A DNA stretch of 64,000 nt, from contig CACOHP010000002.1 in NCBI GenBank assembly GCA_902627045.1, forward strand, positions 52,962-116,961. Direction: 5' to 3'. Positions 48,156 to 57,073 of the stretch are shown one piece after another. Within the stretch, counting starts at the first letter, position 1. The number at the start of each line of letters is the position of its first letter. This DNA comes from an uncultured Pelagibacteraceae bacterium. GTDB lineage: Bacteria; Pseudomonadota; Alphaproteobacteria; Pelagibacterales; Pelagibacteraceae. The notes under the pieces are model-generated. The model had not been told where the DNA came from and ran no database searches. It saw only the letters and a program-made list of their open reading frames with translations. A program made the translations under genes and the position numbers.

Positions 48156-48974
48156 TTAATTTAAACTTTTTAAAAAAGATTTAAGAGTTTTGACAAGGTT
48201 TTCATCGAACTCCATCATGTGATTATCATGTTTTGTAAAATAAGAATATTTTGGATCATTGGCTATTTCATACATTTTTTTTCCCATGAAGAATGGAACT
48301 ATCTGGTCAGCCTCACCATGCATTATTAGAATAGGAGCGTTTATATTATTAATCTTACTTTTATTATCAAATTTGTCTTTTAATAATAAATTTACGGGTA
48401 TGTAGGGATAAAATATTTTAGCTGCGTCGACCATAGAAGTAAAAGGAGTCTCTAATATAACACCAGCAAAATTTTTTTTTTGTGATAAATGAGTTGCGAC
48501 ACCAGTCCCTAGTGACTCACCATAAATAACAATATTTTCCTCTTTAACACCTTTGCTGATTAACCAGTCTATTCCACTTTTTCCATCTTCATAAAGACCT
48601 TTTTCAGATGGTTTTCCTTGATTCCCACTAAAACCCCTCCAGGCAATTATTAAAAAGTTAACATCCATTTCACTAAAATGGTTTAACTTATGAATTCTAT
48701 TTTCTAAAGAACCTGCGTTTCCATGAAAATAAAGAATGGTTTTGTATTTCTTTAGATCTTTTTCATGAAACCAGCCTAATAAATCAATATTATCTGAAGT
48801 ACTTATTTTTACCTTTTGAATTGATACAGATATCTGATCAGTAGCATAATTATTTTCATTTGGGTGATACAATAAATTTCTTTGATAAAAATATAAAAAA
48901 ACCAAAACAAAAAGATAAACCAAAACAATTATTTGTAAGAATGAGAACAAATTATTCCTAAACTTTTTTAACAT
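48156..48974 (-). CDS. Membrane-anchored alpha/beta hydrolase (BEM46/ABHD13-like)
   Basis: N-terminal TM, Q..LLYHP, FHGNAG, RGFS, GESLG, HGEAD..VP, His in HDNH; ATG at 48974 preferred. Confidence 0.87.
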   Translation of the reverse strand: MLKKFRNNLFSFLQIIVLVYLFVLVFLYFYQRNLLYHPNENNYATDQISVSIQKVKISTSDNIDLLGWFHEKDLKKYKTILYFHGNAGSLENRIHKLNHFSEMDVNFLIIAWRGFSGNQGKPSEKGLYEDGKSGIDWLISKGVKEENIVIYGESLGTGVATHLSQKKNFAGVILETPFTSMVDAAKIFYPYIPVNLLLKDKFDNKSKINNINAPILIMHGEADQIVPFFMGKKMYEIANDPKYSYFTKHDNHMMEFDENLVKTLKSFLKSLN

Positions 48975-49863
48975 TATTCTTTTTTGCCAAATATATTCCA
49001 AAAAATACTAAAATTGTGCCAATAAAATGATAATTTTCAAATTTTTCATCAAATAAAAAATATCCATATATTGCACCATAAACTGTAAATATATAAAGTG
49101 TAAATCCAGTCAAAGATGCACCTAATTTTTTTTGAGCGATTGTATAAAGAGTGAAAGCAATTATTCCAGGTGAAACAGCTGCAAAGATTACCCATAAGTA
49201 AAATTCAGGTATAAAATTTGTTTGTTTAAAGAATATTTCCTCGCCAATATAAAATGGTAATAAACTTAATGCTCCAAAAAATGATATTAAAGTAAATCTC
49301 TCAAAAATTTTAAGTTTTGAATTCCAATAAAATAAATAAATAGAATACAAGGCCCATCCGATTGCAGCGGCTAACATCCATAAATCACCAATTGTGAATT
49401 CTAGATTAATTAATAATTTTAGATTGCCTTTAATTATAATCGTAAACACTCCTATTAAACACGCAATTAATCCAATTATTTTGGTAAAATTAATTCTTTC
49501 ATTAAAGAAAAAGTAAGAAATCAATATTATAAATACAGGTGATGACGTATATATAATTCCCATATTTGTAACTGTTGTAGTTTCACCAGCCAAAAAAGGG
49601 AAAGCACCACAAACACCACAGCCCATGGTCCCTAAGAAAAATAATTTTTGGTATTCCTTCCTAATAATCTTAAAATTTTTTTTCAAACTCACATATGTAA
49701 ATGGTAGCAATATCAAAAAAACCAGTGTCCATCTCCAAAAAGCTAATGAAATAGGTGGCACAAATTCAACACCTCCCCGAGCCACTACTAAGTTGCTAGC
49801 CATAAAAATTGGTTGGATAAATAAAAGAGAAAGAGGAAAAATATTAACGTTAAGATTTCTCAA
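48958..49863 (-). CDS. DMT/EamA-family transporter
   Basis: About 10 TM helices in a two-repeat EamA pattern (P..LAFWRW, GDL.ML.A...WALY); TTG start. Confidence 0.88.
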   Translation of the reverse strand: MRNLNVNIFPLSLLFIQPIFMASNLVVARGGVEFVPPISLAFWRWTLVFLILLPFTYVSLKKNFKIIRKEYQKLFFLGTMGCGVCGAFPFLAGETTTVTNMGIIYTSSPVFIILISYFFFNERINFTKIIGLIACLIGVFTIIIKGNLKLLINLEFTIGDLWMLAAAIGWALYSIYLFYWNSKLKIFERFTLISFFGALSLLPFYIGEEIFFKQTNFIPEFYLWVIFAAVSPGIIAFTLYTIAQKKLGASLTGFTLYIFTVYGAIYGYFLFDEKFENYHFIGTILVFFGIYLAKKNNVKKV

Positions 49864-49875
49864 TTTTTGTAAAAA

Positions 49876-50052
49876 TTAACTTTTATCAAAAAAGGCTTCG
49901 TATATCATCATTACGATAGCTGCACCCATTAATAGATAAACTGGAATAACATCTAAAAAACCAATCATCATTGATCTAGTTAAAGTAGTGGCTAATCCTA
50001 TTAAAAAGAAAACGGCAAAAGACAAACCAATTATAGTTGTGATTTTATTCAT
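49876..50052 (-). CDS. Small 58-aa two-TM membrane protein (absent from the ORF track)
   Basis: Hand translation MNKITTIIGLSFAVFFLIGLATTLTRSMMIGFLDVIPVYLLMGAAIVMMIYEAFFDKS*; fills the gap, 1 nt after the amidase stop and 12 nt before the DMT start. Confidence 0.8.
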   Translation of the reverse strand: MNKITTIIGLSFAVFFLIGLATTLTRSMMIGFLDVIPVYLLMGAAIVMMIYEAFFDKS

Positions 50053-50053
50053 T

Positions 50054-51382
50054 TCAATCCTGACATTCCCTCTCTAACCATTTGGCAACTCCCAAAAATC
50101 TGTGATCATCATATTTGTTACCAACTAATTGAACTCCTAATGGTAGATTATTTTCACCTTCAAGTAAAGGTAGTGAAATACATGGGGTTCCAAGATATGA
50201 CCAAACTTTATTAAATTCAGCGGTACCAGTACTTTTTAAACCTTTAGGTGCAACTCCAGGGCTAGATGGAGTTAAAACACCGTGGTAATCCTCAAATACT
50301 TCCTGATACGATTCATAACTTCTTTTAATGAAGTCAATTGCTTCAGCATACTCTTTTGCTGAATATTTGTTTCCATTATTAATAGCATCTTGCATAAATT
50401 TAGATAATTTCTTTTTATATTTTTTAAAATATACAGAAAAATTATTTGCTAAATCTGTCTCATGAATAATTTTATGATATTTGTGAATATCTTTGAAATA
50501 TGATGGCGTATCAAAAATTTCAATATTTTTTTTAAATGATTTTATAAAATAATCAAATGACTCTCTTGATTTTTTATCAATTATCTTCCAGTGGTCTGTT
50601 TTATAAAATATAAATTTTGGATCAAAAAGAGGCCCTTTTTTAGTTTCTGATAGTATATTTTCAGTAGAATAATGAATGGTAGCAGTGTCATACTTATCTT
50701 TCTTAATTAATACTTTAGCTAACATTGCAACATCTTCTACACTTCTGCCAAACATACCTATGTGATCTAAGCTATAAGAGGTTCTTAAAACTCCGTTTCT
50801 AGAAATTAATCCATAGCTAGGTTTATAACCAACGACTCCACAATAAGATGCAGGTCTAATAATTGAACCGCCAGTTTGAGAGCCAATAGATGCTGGGGCC
50901 ATAAAGGAGGCAACTGAGGCTGCCGACCCACTGGATGAACCACCAGGAGTTCTAGTTTTATCATGTGGATTTGTGGTAGCTGGTGGACCTAAATAAGCAA
51001 GCTCTGAAGTTGCGGTTTTACCCATAACAATTGCACCTGCTGAATGTAACAAATCTATTATTTCTGCATTTTGTGAATAGGATTTACCTTTTCTTATTAC
51101 CGTTCCACACTCGGTCGGCATGTCTACAGTGCCAACAATATCTTTGACAGCTATTGGTACTCCATGAAGTAATCCTACGGGTTTTCCTGATCTTCTATGA
51201 TCATCTGCCTCAGCAGCTTTTTCTAATAATACTTTTTTATCAAAGTGTGCCCAAGCCTTAACGTCTTTTTCAAACTTGCTAATTCTTTCTATATAGGTTT
51301 CACAAACTTCAACTGATGAAATTTGTGCATCTTTGATTTTTTTTGCCAAATCCTCAAGGCTTAAAGAAAAAATTTCTTTCAT
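50054..51382 (-). CDS. Amidase-signature enzyme, malonamidase E2-like
   Basis: VKD Lys, PGGSSSGS, GSQTGGSIIRPAS (Ser-cisSer-Lys triad). Confidence 0.88.
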   Translation of the reverse strand: MKEIFSLSLEDLAKKIKDAQISSVEVCETYIERISKFEKDVKAWAHFDKKVLLEKAAEADDHRRSGKPVGLLHGVPIAVKDIVGTVDMPTECGTVIRKGKSYSQNAEIIDLLHSAGAIVMGKTATSELAYLGPPATTNPHDKTRTPGGSSSGSAASVASFMAPASIGSQTGGSIIRPASYCGVVGYKPSYGLISRNGVLRTSYSLDHIGMFGRSVEDVAMLAKVLIKKDKYDTATIHYSTENILSETKKGPLFDPKFIFYKTDHWKIIDKKSRESFDYFIKSFKKNIEIFDTPSYFKDIHKYHKIIHETDLANNFSVYFKKYKKKLSKFMQDAINNGNKYSAKEYAEAIDFIKRSYESYQEVFEDYHGVLTPSSPGVAPKGLKSTGTAEFNKVWSYLGTPCISLPLLEGENNLPLGVQLVGNKYDDHRFLGVAKWLERECQD

Positions 51383-51388
51383 CTAGAT

Positions 51389-52750
51389 TTAATCAGCGAA
51401 TAGTGTTTCTGGTAACCAAAGTGCAATTCCTGGAAATAGATACATTAAAACCATTGCTAAAATTACAATACCTAGAAACGGCATTATTCCACTAAATATT
51501 TGCATTAGTTCAACATTCTTTGATTGCACACCCTTCAAATAATAAGCCGACATTGCCATCGGTGGTGTTAAAAATGAGGTTTGTAAGTTTAATGCAATTA
51601 ACATTGCAAAAAAGTAAGGGTTTACACCAAAAAATTCAACTAGAGGTAAAAAAATTGGAACAAATATGATTAATATTTCAGTCCACTCTAGAGGCCAACC
51701 AAGTAAAAAAATTATTAATTGTGTGATAACTAAAAATTGCCATGGCTGTAAGTTTAAAGATTTAAAGAAATGTTCAAAAACTTCATGACCACCAAGATAA
51801 GAAAATACTGATGCGAATGTCCATGAACCTATGAATAACCACATAATCATTGCAGTAGTTTTTGCAGTTAAGAAAACTGACTCTTTAAAATTTTTCCATT
51901 TTAATGTTTTGTAAAAATATGAAAGAACTAATGATCCAAAAGCACCTACAGCAGCAGCTTCAGCAGGTGTTGCGATACCTGCAAGAATTGTCCCTAAAAC
52001 TAAAATTATCAGAGAAAATAGTGGTAAAAAAGAAACCAGAACTTCTTTCATGATAACTGCAGGGGGTGGGATTTCCTCAGCCGCAGGTTTAGGCGCGATA
52101 GATGGATTTAACCATGCTCTAAATATAGCATATCCTATGTAAAGCCCTGCTAACATTAATCCAGGAAAAATAGCGGCAGCAAATAATCTTAAAGGTGATA
52201 ACTGAGCTATAACTGAATAAACAATCAACATTATGCTTGGTGGAATTAAAATACCTAAGCAACCTCCAGAACATATTATTCCTGATGCAAATTTTTTATC
52301 ATAACCCGCTTTAACCATAGCTGGCCAAGCAAGAAGCCCCATTAAAGTTACTACAGCCCCAATAATTCCTGTGGCTGTAGAAAATAAAGCACAAGTAATT
52401 AGTGCTGCTACTGCCATTGAAGCAGGAAGTTTATGAGATGCTAATCTTATAGCAAAAAATAGTTTTGCAACTATACCCGCTCTTTCAACCAAATATCCCA
52501 TAAACAAGAAGAGTGGGACGGCGGTTAAAACATTGTTATCCATTACGGTATAGGTGTTTTGAACAAAAAGTTGAAAAATTCTATTATCAAAAAGATGTTC
52601 CATTTTAGTTGGATCGAAATAAGCATAATATCCAAATCCTAAACCCATCGCCATCAAAGTGAATGCAATCGGGAATCCTAATAAAACTGCAAATAAAAAT
52701 ATTCCCATCATCATTATTGCTACTTCTGGATTTGTAAGACTAAATAACAT
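51389..52750 (-). CDS. dctM: TRAP transporter large permease
   Basis: G.PIAF, AVPLFLFMG, GILIPPSI, TPAEAAA, SFLTPP. Confidence 0.93.
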   Translation of the reverse strand: MLFSLTNPEVAIMMMGIFLFAVLLGFPIAFTLMAMGLGFGYYAYFDPTKMEHLFDNRIFQLFVQNTYTVMDNNVLTAVPLFLFMGYLVERAGIVAKLFFAIRLASHKLPASMAVAALITCALFSTATGIIGAVVTLMGLLAWPAMVKAGYDKKFASGIICSGGCLGILIPPSIMLIVYSVIAQLSPLRLFAAAIFPGLMLAGLYIGYAIFRAWLNPSIAPKPAAEEIPPPAVIMKEVLVSFLPLFSLIILVLGTILAGIATPAEAAAVGAFGSLVLSYFYKTLKWKNFKESVFLTAKTTAMIMWLFIGSWTFASVFSYLGGHEVFEHFFKSLNLQPWQFLVITQLIIFLLGWPLEWTEILIIFVPIFLPLVEFFGVNPYFFAMLIALNLQTSFLTPPMAMSAYYLKGVQSKNVELMQIFSGIMPFLGIVILAMVLMYLFPGIALWLPETLFAD

Positions 52751-53333
52751 CTTCTTTTTTTCTTTCTTGTGATTGTCTCATTAATACTTTTTCAGTCTCT
52801 TCGGCATCACGAATAGATTCCCTTTCAGGCCAACTACCTGTTTGTATACAAATAATACATCTAAAAACTTCACTAATACCTTGAATGGTCAAAAGACTAC
52901 CAGACAAAGGTATTAAAGATTTTGCCATATAAATTTGTATCTGCGCTGGACTGTTCCAACTTGTCTCTTTAATTTTCCATGCTAGTGCTGCGTATTCGTA
53001 ACCGTAAAAAGCTAAAGCAAGAACCCCCGGGAAAAAGAAAATAAAATATAAAATTAAATCTATCCAGGCTTGAGTTTTATGAGAGAATAACCTGTAGATT
53101 ACATCACCTCTTACATGTGCTTCTGTACATAAAGTGTAAGCACCAGCCATCATAAAAATAGCTCCGTACATTTGAAGGCTAAAATCAAAATTCCATAAAG
53201 TAGGGGCGTTTAAAGCATAGGCCATAAAAACTTCATAGCATGTCCCACCCATTAAGATCACTATGCACCAAGAAAAGGCTTTACCCATCGAAACGCTTAA
53301 TCGGTCTGCAAATTTTATGTATGAACTCATCAT
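52740..53333 (-). CDS. dctQ: TRAP transporter small permease
   Basis: Four TM helices, HVRGD motif; between dctP and dctM. Confidence 0.9.
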   Translation of the reverse strand: MMSSYIKFADRLSVSMGKAFSWCIVILMGGTCYEVFMAYALNAPTLWNFDFSLQMYGAIFMMAGAYTLCTEAHVRGDVIYRLFSHKTQAWIDLILYFIFFFPGVLALAFYGYEYAALAWKIKETSWNSPAQIQIYMAKSLIPLSGSLLTIQGISEVFRCIICIQTGSWPERESIRDAEETEKVLMRQSQERKKEDVI

Positions 53334-53373
53334 AGATATAAACTTTTATTGAATTGTCTTGAATTAATCAAAT

Positions 53374-53399
53374 AAAAAAGGGGGCCGAGGCCCCCTTAT
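53374..53399 (-). terminator. Rho-independent terminator / stabilising hairpin between dctP and dctQ
   Basis: Minus strand AAGGGGGC-CUCG-GCCCCCUU followed by UUUUAUU. Confidence 0.85.
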
Positions 53400-53420
53400 T
53401 AAAATTTATAAAAAAGTTAA

Positions 53421-54575
53421 TTATAACTTAACTTTTCCTATTGGACCAAACTCATTTTCATATGCAAGTTTGTAATTAGGCTGATTCATCAGCAAGTATT
53501 TCATTACTCTCTTCGCATACGATTTCTGAGAATCAACGACTTTCTTAAAGAAAGGATCTTTCTTATTGAAATCACCGATTACCTTATCCCAACCTTTTAA
53601 TTGTTGAGCCAAGATTTCATCAGAAGTTTGGTAAACATTTACTTTATGCTCGTTCATTAACTTAGCTAAGTCAGCTGAGTATCTTACTAAAGCCTTAAAG
53701 TAGTTATCACTGTTTGCAGCGTAAGCAGCATTTTTCAATATTGCTTGGTGTGCAGGTGATAAACTATTATATGTTTTTTTGTTAACTGGTATCTCAAACA
53801 TCTCTTGAGATTGGTGGAAGCTTCCTAAGTGATAGTGCTTAGAAACGTCTTGCATACCAAACTGAGAGTCTGAAGTTGGGTTGTTAAACTCAGCAGCTTC
53901 AATCAAACCAGTTTTCATAGCTGGCTGAATTTCACCACCTGGTAATTGTCTAACTACCATTCCCATTGCAGTTAAAACGTTAGTCGCTAGACCAACAGTT
54001 CTATACTTCATACCTTTAACATCAGATACTTTTGTTACGTTCTTTTTGAACCAACCAAAAGGCTGTGCTGGCATAGGCATATGGAAAAAACCAATGTAAT
54101 CGAAACCTACTTTTGCAAGAGTTTCATCATAAAGTTTTCTTCCTCCACCATATTCCATCCATCCCATTACTTCTTGAGATGACATTCCATATGAAGGACC
54201 TGTTCCAAACAATGATGCAGCTGGATTTTTTCCATACCAATATGCTGTCACCCAGTGACCCATATCAACTACACCGGAACTTACTGCTTGTCCGATTTCT
54301 GAAGTCTTTACAACTGCTCCAACTGGTTGAAGATCAATCTGAAGAGATCCTCCAGACATTTCTTTAACCATATTGCAATAATCTCCAGCCATTTCAAAAA
54401 AGATGTTTGCTCCACTAGGCCATGCAGCTTGCATCTTTAATGTAGTTGCTGCATTTGCCTTTACGTATGGCATTGCAACAGCGGCTGCAGCTAAAGCACC
54501 AGTCTTAGCAGCAGTCTTAAAGAACTTACGTCTTGAAGATGTTTTCATCTTCAACGATTTATTTTCTTTAGTCAT
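53421..54575 (-). CDS. dctP: TRAP substrate-binding protein, TakP-like, Tat-exported
   Basis: SRRKFFK twin-arginine signal, AYWYGK, GWFKK, GMKYR, AAEFNNP..D..FG. Confidence 0.9.
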   Translation of the reverse strand: MTKENKSLKMKTSSRRKFFKTAAKTGALAAAAVAMPYVKANAATTLKMQAAWPSGANIFFEMAGDYCNMVKEMSGGSLQIDLQPVGAVVKTSEIGQAVSSGVVDMGHWVTAYWYGKNPAASLFGTGPSYGMSSQEVMGWMEYGGGRKLYDETLAKVGFDYIGFFHMPMPAQPFGWFKKNVTKVSDVKGMKYRTVGLATNVLTAMGMVVRQLPGGEIQPAMKTGLIEAAEFNNPTSDSQFGMQDVSKHYHLGSFHQSQEMFEIPVNKKTYNSLSPAHQAILKNAAYAANSDNYFKALVRYSADLAKLMNEHKVNVYQTSDEILAQQLKGWDKVIGDFNKKDPFFKKVVDSQKSYAKRVMKYLLMNQPNYKLAYENEFGPIGKVKL

Positions 54576-54692
54576 TATTTCTCCTATTACAGTTAATTAA
54601 CTAATTAATTTAAGCATAGATTCTGATTAGAGTCTTTCTAAAAAATAGCGTAGATGTCGCAGAAGTTGAATTTTATTCAATCCAGAGTAGAA

Positions 54693-55646
54693 TTAATTAA
54701 CTTTGTTTTTACAATTTCCAGTATTAAAAAATTCATCAATATTATCAATTGCTAAGTTTGCCATTGCAATTCTTGTGTCTTTAGTTGCACTACCTAGGTG
54801 AGGTAAAATGAACGCTGATTTTATTTTTGAATAACCTGGATTTAAGTTCGGCTCATTTTTATACACATCAAGTCCTACAGCATATATTTTTCTCCGATTT
54901 AACGCATCGATTAAAGCTTCATCATCAACAATATCCCCTCTAGCTACATTTGTGATTACTGCCCCTTTTGGAAAGAACTCTACAGTCTCTTTATTAATCA
55001 TGTTCTCCGTTTCTTTTGTTGCTGGGCAACATATAGACAAAACGTCAGAGACAGAAAAAAGACTTTTTATATCTTTATGATAAGTTGCGCCTAGTTCTTT
55101 CTCATCACTAAGCTTTGACCTATTATGGTAATGGATAATCATACCCAATGATCTTGCAATATTTGCAATTTTTTGACCGATTCTTCCCATCCCTAAAATA
55201 CCAAGCCGCGTTCCTGTTAATTGTTTACCAATCAAATAATCTGCTGACCACTTCCATCCACCTTCTTGTGCTGACTGTATTCCTTCAGCTGCTCTTCTAC
55301 ATGCACCTAGAATTAAAAGCACTCCTATTTCTGCAGTAGCATCAGATAATACCTCAGGAGTGTTGGTAACCACGATTCCTCTTTTTTTTGCTGCCTCTAA
55401 ATCAATGTTACCAAATCCAACTGCAAAATTTGAGATAATCTTAACTGTATCCGGTAATTTATCTATTGTCTCCTTGTCCATTTTTTCAGTCAATGAGGAT
55501 AAAATTCCATCACAACCTTGGCTCATCTGTATAACTTTTGATTGTGAATATAATTCATCATTAGTATTAAATATTGGATTGAAAGCTTTACTTGCTTTAT
55601 CCTCACTTTCCTTAATCAATTTTCTTGTAATCAAAATTTTTTTCAT
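54693..55646 (-). CDS. D-isomer 2-hydroxyacid dehydrogenase (glyoxylate/hydroxypyruvate reductase-like)
   Basis: AVGF.NID, NTP.VL, GMGRIG, NVARG, LDVY..EP, PHLGSAT. Confidence 0.9.
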   Translation of the reverse strand: MKKILITRKLIKESEDKASKAFNPIFNTNDELYSQSKVIQMSQGCDGILSSLTEKMDKETIDKLPDTVKIISNFAVGFGNIDLEAAKKRGIVVTNTPEVLSDATAEIGVLLILGACRRAAEGIQSAQEGGWKWSADYLIGKQLTGTRLGILGMGRIGQKIANIARSLGMIIHYHNRSKLSDEKELGATYHKDIKSLFSVSDVLSICCPATKETENMINKETVEFFPKGAVITNVARGDIVDDEALIDALNRRKIYAVGLDVYKNEPNLNPGYSKIKSAFILPHLGSATKDTRIAMANLAIDNIDEFFNTGNCKNKVN

Positions 55647-55661
55647 AAAATACTCATTATA

Positions 55662-57035
55662 TCAATTAAGATCAAAAATCTTCCCAGGATTCATAATATT
55701 ATTTTGATCAATGCTTCGTTTAATTAATTTCATTAATGGAATATTATCAGGGTGTTCCTTTAATAGATATTCTTTTTTATGAAGACCAACTCCATGTTCA
55801 CCCGTAATTGTTCCATTTAACTCTAGTGTTTTTTTGATTAATAAGTCATTAAACTCTCTTATTTTTTTATAAGTTTCTTTTTTATCTGGATCAAAAGGTA
55901 AAAGAACATGAAAATTACCATCTCCTAGATGACCTACCATTGGAGCTCTTAGGCCAAATCTTTTTGCTTGATCCTCTGCATAATTTACACACTCAGTAAT
56001 ATTTGAAATTGGAAGACATACATCTGTTGAGTAAACTCTTCCATTGTTTATTAGCGCTTTTACTGAATAATAAACATCCCATCTTGCTTTCCATAACTTA
56101 TTTCTATCTTCTAAGTCTTTAGCCCATTTGAAAGAGCTTCCATTATTTTCTTTTGATATTTCTTCTACAGTTTTTATATTTTCGTTATTTGATTGCTCTG
56201 ATCCATGAAACTCAAAGAATAATGTTGGCACTGCCTCAACATCTTTTAATTTTGAGTAATTTATACTGATTCCCATCTGATCTTTATTTAACATCTCAAT
56301 TCTTGCTATTGGGACACCATATTGAATAACCTGTTGAGCAGTATGAACTGCTTTTTCTAAAGTTGGAAAATGACATACTGCAGCCATAATGCTTTCTGGA
56401 ATAGGAGATAATCTTAATTGAACTTCAGTTATGATTCCTAATGTACCTTCAGAGCCTATAAATAAATTTGTTAGATTATATCCTGCTGAAGTTTTTTTTG
56501 TCCTACTACCAGTATTAATTATATCGCCATTCGGTAAAACTACTGTAAGACCTGTTATTACAGTCTTCATTGTACCGTACTTTACTGCCATAGTTCCAGA
56601 AGCAGAAGTTGAAGCCATCCCACCAATTGCGGCATTTGCACCTGGATCGATAGGAAAAAAAACTCCATCCTCTCTTAAATAATCATTTAATTGTTCTTTG
56701 GTGACACAAGCTTGGACTCTACAATCAAAATCTTCAACATTTACAGTTAAGATTTTATTCATTTTCTCTAAACTAATAGTAATACCTTTTTCATTACCTA
56801 CAACATTACCCTCTAATGATGTCCCAGTTCCGAATGGAACAACTGGTATTTTATGTTTATTGCAGATACTTAATATCTTAGATACTTCTTCATTTGTTTC
56901 AGGGAAAATAACTGCCTTAGACAAAACAGGATCGTACGTATCTTCCCCTCTTGCATAATTAGTTCTTGTTGAAATTGACGTTGAAAATCTTCCGTTAAAT
57001 ATTTTCTTTAACTCCGCTTGTACCTGGTCATTCAT
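55662..57035 (-). CDS. FAD-linked oxidase, D-lactate dehydrogenase (cytochrome)/GlcD-like
   Basis: PFGTGTSLEG, PIDPGA.A.IGGM, GSEGTLG, GHLGDGNFH, TGEHGVG, NPGK. Confidence 0.88.
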   Translation of the reverse strand: MNDQVQAELKKIFNGRFSTSISTRTNYARGEDTYDPVLSKAVIFPETNEEVSKILSICNKHKIPVVPFGTGTSLEGNVVGNEKGITISLEKMNKILTVNVEDFDCRVQACVTKEQLNDYLREDGVFFPIDPGANAAIGGMASTSASGTMAVKYGTMKTVITGLTVVLPNGDIINTGSRTKKTSAGYNLTNLFIGSEGTLGIITEVQLRLSPIPESIMAAVCHFPTLEKAVHTAQQVIQYGVPIARIEMLNKDQMGISINYSKLKDVEAVPTLFFEFHGSEQSNNENIKTVEEISKENNGSSFKWAKDLEDRNKLWKARWDVYYSVKALINNGRVYSTDVCLPISNITECVNYAEDQAKRFGLRAPMVGHLGDGNFHVLLPFDPDKKETYKKIREFNDLLIKKTLELNGTITGEHGVGLHKKEYLLKEHPDNIPLMKLIKRSIDQNNIMNPGKIFDLN

Positions 57036-57073
57036 TGAAAGAATATTAATAAAAATTCAAACAAAAATACAGT

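Noticed and set aside
50054-51382. Amidase as GatA
   Set aside because: No adjacent gatC/gatB, and the nucleophile loop is GSQTGGSIIRP rather than the GatA-type GSDTGGSIRQP
54590-54615. TTAA repeats as a CtrA box
   Set aside because: No pair has the TTAA-N7-TTAA spacing, and such words are frequent in AT-rich DNA
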